A DNA stretch of 64,000 nucleotides from Candidatus Hodarchaeota archaeon (GCA_048887145.1 JBHLKA010000001.1:212-64211); one strand, 5' to 3'; positions 28,753 to 38,178 are shown, counted from the first letter of the stretch. Notes: generated by a model from the sequence alone, not told the origin. Made by a program: numbers and translations.

Positions 28753-29745
28753 ATGAATGTTAAAAATGAGAAAATAAAGCTATCTAGATGGTTAGAGAGA
28801 TATATTCCGCCCTCCTTCCCAAATAAAGAAGAAATAATTAAAATTATTGAAACTATTGCTGAAGCCACGATTCCCATACGAGGTTTATTAGAACGAGGAA
28901 TAACCTCTCGTGAGATAGAACATAGAATGAATATTAAAAAGCCAACTTATGATTCCAAAAACATTTTTGAAGAAACACAAATTCATGAAGATATTTTAAC
29001 TCATAGTATCATTTTAAAAGCCTTAAATGAAGGAAATGTAGGTTTTTCTTTTATCGCATCTGAGGAATCTGAACCTGTGTTAGGTGATGGAATTTTTGGA
29101 ATCACTATTGATCCTGTTGATGGCTCTTCTAATGTTGCTGTCAATAGAACAGTTGGAACTATAGTAGGAATTTATGATGAATCGGGGAAAATAATATGTG
29201 GGTTTTATGTGCTCTATGGAATCTTTACCAATCTGGTTTTAGCTATTAATGGTAAAGTTGCTGAATTCATTTTAGATACCTCACCTTATAGTATGACTTT
29301 CTATCATTATGTATTTCAAGAATTAAAAATAATGCCCAATAAAGATGAGAAAAGTATCAGGTGTATTGGAGGAGATATTACCCAATGGATTGATAAATAC
29401 AAAGATTATGAGAAATTGTTAATGAATAAACGCTTCAAAGATCGTTATAGTGGTAGTTTTGTGGGAGATTTTCATGCAATCGTTAATTATGGTGGTGTAT
29501 ATGCATATTTTCCCTCTCCAAATCCAAAAATAAGAGTTTATTATGAATGGTTGCCATTGGCTTTTATTACTAAATCTCTTCAAGGAGAATTTATAGCTTT
29601 AGAATATCTAGATAGAAAAGAAAAAATAAAATATTTTGAAGATTTTGAGCCTTTAAAGAGAGATAATGTTCAAAAAATTCATTCTCTTACATATGGTGGA
29701 ATTTTAGGTAGTAAAAAGGCAGTAGATCTATATCTTACACTTTAA
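28753..29745 (+). CDS. fbp: Fructose-1,6-bisphosphatase, class I type
   Basis: IASEESEP......ITIDPVDGSSNVAVNRTVGTIVGIY and RYSGSFVGDFHAIVNYGGVYAYP....K.RV.YEWLPLAF closely follow E. coli Fbp motifs. Confidence 0.75.
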   Translation: MNVKNEKIKLSRWLERYIPPSFPNKEEIIKIIETIAEATIPIRGLLERGITSREIEHRMNIKKPTYDSKNIFEETQIHEDILTHSIILKALNEGNVGFSFIASEESEPVLGDGIFGITIDPVDGSSNVAVNRTVGTIVGIYDESGKIICGFYVLYGIFTNLVLAINGKVAEFILDTSPYSMTFYHYVFQELKIMPNKDEKSIRCIGGDITQWIDKYKDYEKLLMNKRFKDRYSGSFVGDFHAIVNYGGVYAYFPSPNPKIRVYYEWLPLAFITKSLQGEFIALEYLDRKEKIKYFEDFEPLKRDNVQKIHSLTYGGILGSKKAVDLYLTL

Positions 29746-29797
29746 AATTTAATTATGTATTCCAATAAACTTTTTCAATAAAATAAAAATTTTAAAT

Positions 29798-31042
29798 ATG
29801 AGAATAAACAAGAAGAGCCAAGAAAATAAAAGATATTCATTACGGAAGGAAAGTTTTGTTGATTTTTATATACATAATTCAGATAAAGATAAAATTCCAT
29901 CAAAATCTATGAATGTTTTTTATAATAAAAAGATGGAAATAAATCGTGATATAACTAATTCCTCTATTGTTGCATATAATGAAATTTTTAATCCAGAATC
30001 TTTAATAATAGTTGATTCTATGGCGGCATCGGGAATAGGGTCTATAAGATTACTACAAGAATGCAAAAATATCAAAAAAATATATATAAACGATATAAAT
30101 CCTTTAGCAATAAAACTTGTAAAAAAAAACTTAGAGTTAAATAAGATTAATCCTAATTATGTAGAAGTAAGTAATGAAGATTCCAATTTATTGTGTTTAA
30201 AGTTAGCCCAACAAATCAAAGTAAATTCAAAAATACTTACTAAGCGTCCAAATGTAATTATAATCGATCCATTTGGTACACCTTCTCACTTTATTGATGC
30301 TGCTTTGAAACTAATTCAAAAAGAGAATGGGCTATTATGTATAACTGCAACTGATACAGCAGTTCTGTTTGGCGTAAGAAAAGAAGCGTGCTTCAAAAAA
30401 TACATGTCTAAACCTCTTCATAATGAATATTGTAAAGAAACTGGTGCAAGAATTTTGCTTCATTTTATATCAAAAATAGCTAATATAAATAATCTTGGTA
30501 TAATTCCATTATTAACGTTTTATTCAGGTCATTTCATAAAAATTTTTGCCCATACTTATAAGAATAAAGATAAGATTTATACAAACTTTTCCAATTATGG
30601 ATATATCATACATTGTAATAATTGTGGGCACCGTTCTGTATATACAAACAACATTGTAAAAATCCCTCATCAATGCCCCTATTGTAAGGAAGATAAAATA
30701 CCCGAATATGCTGGACCTCTTTGGATTGAAAAAATCCATAACAAGGAATTTATTAAACGAGTTCTTTTTCATAATTTAAACTCAAATCATTTTACAAAAA
30801 CAAAAGTCAATAAAATTTTAAGCTTAATATCAAATGAAATTGATATGCCTATTACTTATTATAATATACATCTTTTATGTGAAAGATTAAAACTATCCCA
30901 AGTACCTAAAATTGATTTAATTATTAAACAAATAAAAAGAAATGGTGGTCAAGCTTCAAGAACCCATTTTGATTTTTTATCAATAAAAACAAATATCGGA
31001 ATAGAGGAGTTACAAAAAATACTAATTGAAATAGAGAAATAA
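29798..31042 (+). CDS. trm1: tRNA (guanine26-N2)-dimethyltransferase Trm1
   Basis: Matches FYNKKMEINRDI, DSMAASGIGSIRLL, IIDPFGTPSHFIDAA and LLCITATDTAVL, plus an internal CxxC...CxxC zinc motif. Confidence 0.85.
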   Translation: MRINKKSQENKRYSLRKESFVDFYIHNSDKDKIPSKSMNVFYNKKMEINRDITNSSIVAYNEIFNPESLIIVDSMAASGIGSIRLLQECKNIKKIYINDINPLAIKLVKKNLELNKINPNYVEVSNEDSNLLCLKLAQQIKVNSKILTKRPNVIIIDPFGTPSHFIDAALKLIQKENGLLCITATDTAVLFGVRKEACFKKYMSKPLHNEYCKETGARILLHFISKIANINNLGIIPLLTFYSGHFIKIFAHTYKNKDKIYTNFSNYGYIIHCNNCGHRSVYTNNIVKIPHQCPYCKEDKIPEYAGPLWIEKIHNKEFIKRVLFHNLNSNHFTKTKVNKILSLISNEIDMPITYYNIHLLCERLKLSQVPKIDLIIKQIKRNGGQASRTHFDFLSIKTNIGIEELQKILIEIEK

Positions 31043-31054
31043 GAGTCGTCAAAT

Positions 31055-31708
31055 GTGACTAAATATCCAATAAATCATAGAAAAGAATCTCACTATAGAG
31101 AAGCTAAACAAAAGGGATATAGAGCACGTTCTGCGTTTAAACTTATTGAAATACAAAAAAGGTTTAATATCTTTAAAAGAGCATTTTATATTCTTGATTT
31201 AGGAAGTGCCCCTGGTTCTTGGTTACAGGTTGCAAAAGAATTTGCCAATGAAAATTTAGAAAAATATAATGATGATCACTATTCTAGAACCAATTATAAA
31301 ATTATGGGAGTTGATCTTAAGAAGCTATCTCCAATTGAGGATGTAGAAATTGTTAAAATGGATCTCACGAAAGAAGAATTAAGGAATAAAATAAATGAAT
31401 ACTTTAATGGAGAAAAGTTAGATTTAATTATATCTGATGCAAGTATAAATAAATCTGGAAACAAATTTAGTGATCAAGCAAGACAAATAAAGTTATGTTA
31501 TGAAATATTAAAATTAACAAAATTTTTGAAATATAAAGGAACTTTTGTTATTAAACTCTTTCAAGGAAAAGATTATGAAGAATTTTTTAAGGATTTAAAA
31601 AAGAAATTCATTAATATTAAAAGTTTTAAACCAAAATCTTCATATAAAAAAAGTAATGAAATATATCTTATAGCATCAAAAAAGAAATTGTTAATCGAAA
31701 GTCTCTGA
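31055..31708 (+). CDS. rlmE: 23S rRNA (uridine-2'-O)-methyltransferase RlmE/FtsJ
   Basis: YREAKQKGYRARSAFKLIEIQKRF and ILDLGSAPGSWLQV match the family. GTG start. Confidence 0.85.
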   Translation: MTKYPINHRKESHYREAKQKGYRARSAFKLIEIQKRFNIFKRAFYILDLGSAPGSWLQVAKEFANENLEKYNDDHYSRTNYKIMGVDLKKLSPIEDVEIVKMDLTKEELRNKINEYFNGEKLDLIISDASINKSGNKFSDQARQIKLCYEILKLTKFLKYKGTFVIKLFQGKDYEEFFKDLKKKFINIKSFKPKSSYKKSNEIYLIASKKKLLIESL

Positions 31709-32302
31709 TTGAATCTCCTCAAAATTCACTTTATAAATTCTACCTTCTAATAAGGAATAAATCCAATCAGTGAGCCAAGGACAAACCTTAGGATTAAATT
31801 GATCATTACTAGTCTCACTACACCTATTGATGAATGGACAAATTAAGCACGGTTGATATGAAAAAATATCTAAAATAAAATCTTTTTTATTTTCATCAAC
31901 TTTAACATCTTTAACTTTTAATTCAATTTCCTCAATAGCCGATATGTATTTTGTCCAAGAAGCATCAACTAATTCTCTTCTTAGTTTGATTTTTGATTGT
32001 AAAGCTAAAATATCTAAAATATCGTCCAATTCATTGCGATTTTTATTTGTAAATTCTTGTAGCTCTTCAAAGTATAAACTTCCTCTTTTGTTTATGATGT
32101 CAAGAACAATCTTTTCTTCTTTTTTAAGACTCCTAGTAAAATGCTTTTTCCTTTCTTCTATTCTTTCTATTCTTCTATCAACCTCAGATTTATCAGAATC
32201 TTCAGAACTCTCCAATCTCTCTTTTACTTTACATTTATGGCGCGATAAATATGCAAAACTATTACCACAGTAAGGACAAACTTCTTTTTTTTTCTTTGCC
32301 AT
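31691..32302 (-). CDS. RPC34/RPC6-TFE-beta-like winged-helix protein with a C-terminal cysteine cluster
   Basis: It has a central wHTH-like segment (VLDIINKRGSLYFEELQEFT...). The C-terminal PCLICPFINRC-x13-CPWLTDWI resembles the 4Fe-4S motif of RPC6/TFE-beta (PC..CP....C.....C.....W). An extra N-terminal CPYCG...HKC knuckle is present. Confidence 0.5.
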   Translation of the reverse strand: MAKKKKEVCPYCGNSFAYLSRHKCKVKERLESSEDSDKSEVDRRIERIEERKKHFTRSLKKEEKIVLDIINKRGSLYFEELQEFTNKNRNELDDILDILALQSKIKLRRELVDASWTKYISAIEEIELKVKDVKVDENKKDFILDIFSYQPCLICPFINRCSETSNDQFNPKVCPWLTDWIYSLLEGRIYKVNFEEIQSETFD

Positions 32303-32453
32303 ATTTAATATTGATTATTTAGTTTAGCAATATACTTTATGTTTATTTCAAAATTAATTTTATTGTTTATTTTTTTAGTATTAATTATTAACGTTTTATT
32401 GATTAAATTCTTCATAATAATTAAATTTTTTAAATCAAATTTATAGATAAAAG

Positions 32454-33248
32454 ATGAATATTAATATTTCCAAATTTCTTAATAAAAAAAATCAATACAT
32501 TGATGCTAATGATATAATTAATGAAAAAAGCAAAAATTTAAAACAATCCAATTTATTATGTTCAGGCTCAAAAGATTTGAATAAAATATTGAAAGGTGGA
32601 TTCCATTCAGGAAAAATGTATTTAATATTTGGTGCAAATAGTACAGGGAAAACTCAATTATGTCATCAATTATGTATAGAAGCATATAAAAAATTTTCTA
32701 ATTCTATTTATATAGATACTGAAAATACCTTTCGACCGGAGAGAATTAATGAACTAGCCGAAATTCATAAACTTAATTCGGCTAAGGTGTTAAAAAGTAT
32801 TTTAGTTTCAAAGATTATGAGCAATTCGATGTTCCTCTTAAATATAAAAAATATTAAAAACTTGATAACAAGTAAAAATTACAAAGTGATTTTGATAGAT
32901 TCAATTAATAATCATTATCGCCTTGAGCAAGCTGATTCAAATATAAGTTATTTGAAAGCTAAAACAACTTTTATGAAGATCTTGGAATATTTTAATCATA
33001 TTACTGATAAATACAATTTAATTACAATCACTACAGCTCAAATTACTCCTAATTTTATTAATAACTCTATCATTAATCACATTCCCGTAGGAATTCAATT
33101 TCTTAGCCATTTCTTTTCAGAGTTCTTATATTTAAGCTTTAAGGAAGAATCAATTGGATATGCCCATTTAGTTAATTCTTTTTCCCTTCCAGAAAAAAAA
33201 GCATTATATAAAATAACTTCTGAAGGCATTCAAGATTATGAACTCTAA
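32454..33248 (+). CDS. RadA/Rad51-family recombinase paralogue (core ATPase domain only)
   Basis: Walker A is GANSTGKTQLCHQL. IYIDTENTFRPERI is the Rad51/RadA-specific motif. Walker B is VILIDSINNHYRLE. At 264 aa it lacks the N-terminal HhH domain. Confidence 0.65.
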   Translation: MNINISKFLNKKNQYIDANDIINEKSKNLKQSNLLCSGSKDLNKILKGGFHSGKMYLIFGANSTGKTQLCHQLCIEAYKKFSNSIYIDTENTFRPERINELAEIHKLNSAKVLKSILVSKIMSNSMFLLNIKNIKNLITSKNYKVILIDSINNHYRLEQADSNISYLKAKTTFMKILEYFNHITDKYNLITITTAQITPNFINNSIINHIPVGIQFLSHFFSEFLYLSFKEESIGYAHLVNSFSLPEKKALYKITSEGIQDYEL

Positions 33249-34091
33249 TTAATATTTATTTAAAACTAATTTCTCAAAACTATTTAATGAAATGTTTAGA
33301 AAGTTCTTAGATTTAGTTGTGGAATTTACATAATAAATCGGACATTCAATCTGATTTTTAATCCATTCTATTAACTTCTTTGCGAAAGTTAATTTCATTA
33401 TTTTAATTTTTGAACCTTTAAAATTCTCAAGTTTACCAACCTTACTATATTTTCCAATTATTTTGTCAAAATCCATCCCTATTAAAAAAATTTTATGTTC
33501 TGGCGATACTAGAGATTTTAAAAAAAAAAGAATTCGATCTCCATCAGTAAAACCACCATGATTTATGATACTTTCAAGAGGTTCCACTTGAGTAGTACAT
33601 ATTATATTTTCAAATTTAATAATATGCTCTTCAAAATCTTGCAATTTATTTAGATTATCTCCATGAGCATGAAGGACTACAAATTTAGAGTAGTAAAATT
33701 CCGTATTTGTTATGCCGTCTAAATCCGTAAAAACAGCATCAACACGTATTTCATTTTCTCGTAATAATCTAGATGCTCCATCTGCAGTAAAATTAAGAAA
33801 ATTATTAAAAATATGCTTTCCTTTAGTATCAAGAATATAATCTATTGTTTCTTCTAAAGAAGGGCCACAACCATATACTAAAATTGTATTTTTACTTTTA
33901 ATAAGACTATTAAGAGAATCAAGAACTTTTTCAAGATTCCATTCTTTAGATTTTTTTAATATAATTTTGTGTAAAAAATCTCTTGCTTCATTATCACTAT
34001 GGATATCGAACTTGAAAGCTTTTATGATTTTAACATAAAATTGTTTGAATTCTTCATAAAAGTTAATCCTATCTTTTAAGGAAGCTATCAT
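33249..34091 (-). CDS. mptE: MptE-like 6-hydroxymethyl-7,8-dihydropterin pyrophosphokinase (DUF115)
   Basis: Matches ILVYGCGPSLEE, ADGASRLL, FTDLDG and LHAHGDN, as I remember the DUF115/MptE pattern. Confidence 0.6.
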   Translation of the reverse strand: MIASLKDRINFYEEFKQFYVKIIKAFKFDIHSDNEARDFLHKIILKKSKEWNLEKVLDSLNSLIKSKNTILVYGCGPSLEETIDYILDTKGKHIFNNFLNFTADGASRLLRENEIRVDAVFTDLDGITNTEFYYSKFVVLHAHGDNLNKLQDFEEHIIKFENIICTTQVEPLESIINHGGFTDGDRILFFLKSLVSPEHKIFLIGMDFDKIIGKYSKVGKLENFKGSKIKIMKLTFAKKLIEWIKNQIECPIYYVNSTTKSKNFLNISLNSFEKLVLNKY

Positions 34092-34222
34092 TTTAATGAA
34101 TTCAATTTTAAGAGTATAGCCAATAAAAAAATTTTATATTTTTGATATAATTAATTTTATCATATAATTAAATTCAATATAATTTTAATTCATAAAATTA
34201 TTAACAAGGAGTTTGATATTGT

Positions 34223-34624
34223 ATGACAGTATGGTTTACTAAAACCCATCAGTGGTTTAATGATGCAACTGGAGAGGTTGGAATTACCCCCTATGCTGCT
34301 GAACAATTAGGTGAGATTTCTTTTGTAGATGTTGAAGCTCTTGAAGGAGCTACCATAGAACAAGTTAAGATGGATGGTGACGAGCCAAGTAGCGATCCAT
34401 TGGATTGTACCGTTGAATCAAGTAAAGCTGTTGGAGATATTTATAGCCCAGTTTCAGGCAGTGTTACCGAAGTAAATGTTGATTTAATGGATGAGCCTGA
34501 AAAAATCAATGAAGATGCTCTCTCTGCATGGTTATTTAAAGTTAACCCTTCCAATTGGGATGCAGAGAAAGGAAATTTATTAGACGAAGCCGCTTATAAG
34601 GCTTTCATTGAAACACTAAAATAA
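34223..34624 (+). CDS. gcvH: Glycine cleavage system H-like lipoyl-carrier protein
   Basis: Matches FTKTHQW....GEVGITPYAAEQLGEISFVD and VESSKAVGDIYSPVSGSVTEVN (lipoyl-lysine context). 133 aa. Confidence 0.8.
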   Translation: MTVWFTKTHQWFNDATGEVGITPYAAEQLGEISFVDVEALEGATIEQVKMDGDEPSSDPLDCTVESSKAVGDIYSPVSGSVTEVNVDLMDEPEKINEDALSAWLFKVNPSNWDAEKGNLLDEAAYKAFIETLK

Positions 34625-34778
34625 ATAATTTTTAAAATATAGATTGAACACAACTAATTTATCCTTTTTTTTTAATTTTATTTAAATAGCTTTGGTTTTA
34701 ACTCAAATTGCCAGAAATTGAGATCTTGAAATGCTATATATCATAAAAATAAGTTATTAAGCTTTTTCTTTTAAAAAA

Positions 34779-35291
34779 TTAAACATTAAACAACCTTTCG
34801 CCAAGCTTTATCGTTATTATTGCTTGTAGTGCGACAAAAGCTGAAATTATAAAAATCATTCCAATTACCAAAATCTTTACAGCTGTTTTTTTATTATATA
34901 CGTATTTGGATGCTTGATAGACTAATAAAAATCCTATAGAACAAAGAAAAATGAAAATTGAAGCTACTATACTCTCAATTATAAAAGCTTCGTTAAGATC
35001 AGGATATAATAGAACAGCGTTACCTTGTTGATCTGCTCCTATTGCTACAGGTTCTCTGTAAATAATATATACTATTCCCATCTGAAGTAAGAATAGGATA
35101 ATATAAATTCCTATAACTACTAAAGATTTACCTGGTAAAGGCATATCCATTTTAGGTAGTTTTATCTGCGGATAGGCTATTTTAGGTTTCCTTAATGAAT
35201 TTCCAAATATCCAAGGAGTCTTACTCTTTATTTTTTCAAAAATTGTTTCTGAACCACTGATTTCTTCTTTTGTAGTTTTTCGTTTTTGCAT
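34779..35291 (-). CDS. OSTC(DC2)/Ost3-Ost6-family-like three-TM membrane protein
   Basis: 170 aa. IKLPKMDMP...GIVYIIYREPVAIG...AFIIESIVASIFIFLCSIGFLLV parallels remembered human OSTC (LKLKKPPW...GGIIYDVIVEPPSVG...[23 protein letters not shown]) with the same TM topology. Confidence 0.4.
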   Translation of the reverse strand: MQKRKTTKEEISGSETIFEKIKSKTPWIFGNSLRKPKIAYPQIKLPKMDMPLPGKSLVVIGIYIILFLLQMGIVYIIYREPVAIGADQQGNAVLLYPDLNEAFIIESIVASIFIFLCSIGFLLVYQASKYVYNKKTAVKILVIGMIFIISAFVALQAIITIKLGERLFNV

Positions 35292-35375
35292 AGTTTGTAT
35301 TTGTGTTTTTTTTAAAATTAATTAATCTTCTTTAAATTAAAAACTTTTTAATTATTCTTCTTCTTTTCAGAATAT

Positions 35376-36887
35376 CTATACTAATTTCTTTAATAATGCT
35401 ATCAAGAAATTCCAAATTCTTTCTACACTCTTTATTTTTAAGCGTTCATCTGGTGAATGAACATCAGTTATATCTGGTCCGATCGAAATTATCTCCATAT
35501 TTGGATAATGATAAACAAAATAGGCACATTCTAAACCTGCATGAATAGCCTGAATTATAACTTCATTATCGAATAGTTCTTTATATATTTTTCTAGAAAG
35601 TTTTGAAATTTTTGAACTGAAATTTGGAGGCCAACTTGGATATTCATATTTGATATTTACATTTAAATCCAAACCAGATATTTCAAACAAAGTTAAAAAT
35701 CTTTCATATAATATATCCTGTTCATATTGAGTTAAACTCCTTTGGCTTATAACAAAATTTATAGAATTTTTTTCAGTTCTTATTGAAGAAAGGTTAGTAG
35801 AGGTGTGTACCAATTCTTTAGTTATAGGATGTATCGAAATGGGGCCGTTTGGCATTGAAAATAATAAGTCTATTAATCTGTTCTGTAATTCTCTAGAAAT
35901 CATTAAGTAATCATTGAAATCTTCTAATTTTTGAATTAAAATTTCCATATTCGATTCAATTCCATTATATAACATCTTAATATGCAGAGAATTGTTATTA
36001 ATAAAATTAGTTATCTTAGAAAGGTCATTCTCTTCAATAAAAAATATAGCTTCCGCTTCTCTTGGAATAGCATTATCCAAATTACCCCCATTTAAGGAAT
36101 TTAAATAAATATTATATTTCTTTTTTAATTTCCATAAAATTTGTGAAATTATTTTTAGTGCATTCGCTCTACCTTTATTAATATCTCCCCCAGAGTGCCC
36201 ACCAACCAGTCTTATAACTGAAAGCTTCATTGGGATCACTTCTTTTTCCTTATCTACAGATTTTCTTCCGTCTTTTACAATAACTTCAAAAATTCTTCCT
36301 CCTGCTGCACCAATAGTAAATCTATTTTCTTCTTCTGAATCAAGATTTATCATGTAGGAGCCACTAATCATATTTTTATCAATTTGACTTGCACCAATTA
36401 GCCCTCTCTCCTCATCTACAGTAAAAAGAAGATCTATTGAAATAGGACCTAGGTCTAACTCTCCTTTGTAGATTTTTTTCATTAAAGCTAATTGATAAGC
36501 CATTCCAACAGCATTATCCGCTCCTAAAGTAGTACCGTTTGCGGTTATCCACTTTTCATTATTAATTTTAATTAATTTTATATCTAGCGGGTCTTTTGAA
36601 AAGTCGTGCTTAACATCATCATTCTTTTCGCAAACCATATCCATGTGGCTCTGTAAAATAACTCTGGACTTTTCACTTTTTAATTTTGAAGGAATTTTAA
36701 TTACTATGTTTTTAATTTGATCTATCATGGTTTGGAAACCCATTTTTTCTGCCTCTTTTTGAATAAAAACTCTCATTTGATCTTCGTACCCAGAGCATCG
36801 AGGAATTTTTGATATTTCATAAAAGTATTCCCAAAATTCTAAAGGTTTACCCAATTCTTTTAAGTCTTCCATCATAATCGCTTTCAA
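35376..36887 (-). CDS. pepD: Xaa-His dipeptidase PepD (M20C family)
   Basis: Matches LQSHMDMVCEKN, TLGADNAVGMA, DEERGLIGA, GGHSG, and C-terminal VHSPDERL. Confidence 0.85.
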   Translation of the reverse strand: MKAIMMEDLKELGKPLEFWEYFYEISKIPRCSGYEDQMRVFIQKEAEKMGFQTMIDQIKNIVIKIPSKLKSEKSRVILQSHMDMVCEKNDDVKHDFSKDPLDIKLIKINNEKWITANGTTLGADNAVGMAYQLALMKKIYKGELDLGPISIDLLFTVDEERGLIGASQIDKNMISGSYMINLDSEEENRFTIGAAGGRIFEVIVKDGRKSVDKEKEVIPMKLSVIRLVGGHSGGDINKGRANALKIISQILWKLKKKYNIYLNSLNGGNLDNAIPREAEAIFFIEENDLSKITNFINNNSLHIKMLYNGIESNMEILIQKLEDFNDYLMISRELQNRLIDLLFSMPNGPISIHPITKELVHTSTNLSSIRTEKNSINFVISQRSLTQYEQDILYERFLTLFEISGLDLNVNIKYEYPSWPPNFSSKISKLSRKIYKELFDNEVIIQAIHAGLECAYFVYHYPNMEIISIGPDITDVHSPDERLKIKSVERIWNFLIALLKKLV

Positions 36888-36970
36888 TGAAAATATAAAT
36901 ATGCATTATTTTTTATTACTTATAAAAATAATATTAATTTTCTTATAATCTTAACGTGAGAGATTTTTAA

Positions 36971-38077
36971 ATGAGTAGCTGGAAAGATTTATATTCTGAA
37001 GTTAAACAACGTAAAATGGAAGCCCTCAATAAAAAGGATGTTGTTAAAGCAGTTGAAGAACATGGTAAAATCTTGGCTGTTGAAGGAAGATATGAGAAAC
37101 CTAAAAAAATTATTGAACATATGTATGCCGCAGCTCATGAAACAATAAAGCCAAAACAAATAATGAAATATAACCTTAAAGATTATGATGTTGTGTTGAT
37201 TGGATGCCCGGGTGATGGAGTGCCACATTCAGCTTATCCAAAAATTAAAGAATATGTATCAACACATGGAGGTTGGTTAATTACAACAGATTGGGCAATT
37301 AAAACTTTGGTTGAAGTAATTTTTCCGGGGTATATACGCTGGAATGGAAAAAAGACTGCTGATGCAGTTGTTGCTTGTCAAATAATGGAACCAAATCACC
37401 CCTTTTTGGATGGTGTCTTAACTGAAATCCAACAGAGTAAATGGCAAAAAGGTGCCTCAAAAAATACTAAAAAAACAGAATTTCGATGGTGGTTGGAGAC
37501 TAAAAGTTTTCCCATTACTATATTGAATCCAACTGTTCATATTTTAATATCATCGCAAGATATTCTTCGAAAGTGGGGAGAATCTCCTGTATTTTTATAT
37601 TTTGATTATGGTAAAGCTGGTGGTAGGGTAATTCATATGATCTCCCATACTCATTTACAAAAAGGAGGTCCTAAAGGAAAATACGCATCAGCACTTATAT
37701 TAACTAACATTTTAGATGAAAAAGTCTCTCAAAAGACAGGTATTTCAAAATCACCTGCGACAGGATATATTTCTAATTGGGAACAAGCCCAACAACCTCA
37801 ACAGCAATATATAACACCTAATCAACAAAAAAACTTTTTAACTCCTTCGGATGCAGTTATTGGATTAACCGGAACTGCACAAATCGTAGAAATTAATGAA
37901 AATAGCAACGAATTTTCATTTGCTAGTAAATGTGGTTATTGTGGATATGATTTTGGTGAATATACTGGCAAAATTTATATGTGCAATGCCTGTAAAACAC
38001 CATATCATGAAACCTGTCTAAATATGCAGATAAATGAGGGTAACTGCAAGAATTGTGACAAAATCTTGTTATGGTAG
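36971..38077 (+). CDS. Two-domain protein: GATase1-like/DUF4159-like N-domain, Q/P-rich linker, C-terminal C4HC3 cross-brace zinc finger
   Basis: The N-domain has VVLIGCPGDG.....YPKIKEYVSTHGGWLITTDWA. The C-terminus reads C-x2-C-x13-C-x2-C-x4-H-x2-C-x9-C-x2-C (CGYCGYDFGEYTGKIYMCNACKTPYHETCLNMQINEGNCKNC). Confidence 0.5.
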   Translation: MSSWKDLYSEVKQRKMEALNKKDVVKAVEEHGKILAVEGRYEKPKKIIEHMYAAAHETIKPKQIMKYNLKDYDVVLIGCPGDGVPHSAYPKIKEYVSTHGGWLITTDWAIKTLVEVIFPGYIRWNGKKTADAVVACQIMEPNHPFLDGVLTEIQQSKWQKGASKNTKKTEFRWWLETKSFPITILNPTVHILISSQDILRKWGESPVFLYFDYGKAGGRVIHMISHTHLQKGGPKGKYASALILTNILDEKVSQKTGISKSPATGYISNWEQAQQPQQQYITPNQQKNFLTPSDAVIGLTGTAQIVEINENSNEFSFASKCGYCGYDFGEYTGKIYMCNACKTPYHETCLNMQINEGNCKNCDKILLW

Positions 38078-38178
38078 AACTATATTTGATTTGTATCAGA
38101 TTTATTTTTTAGAAAAAACAATAAAATTAATTCTAAATTTTCAATTTTTATTATTAATGTTTTATAGGACAGGTTACA

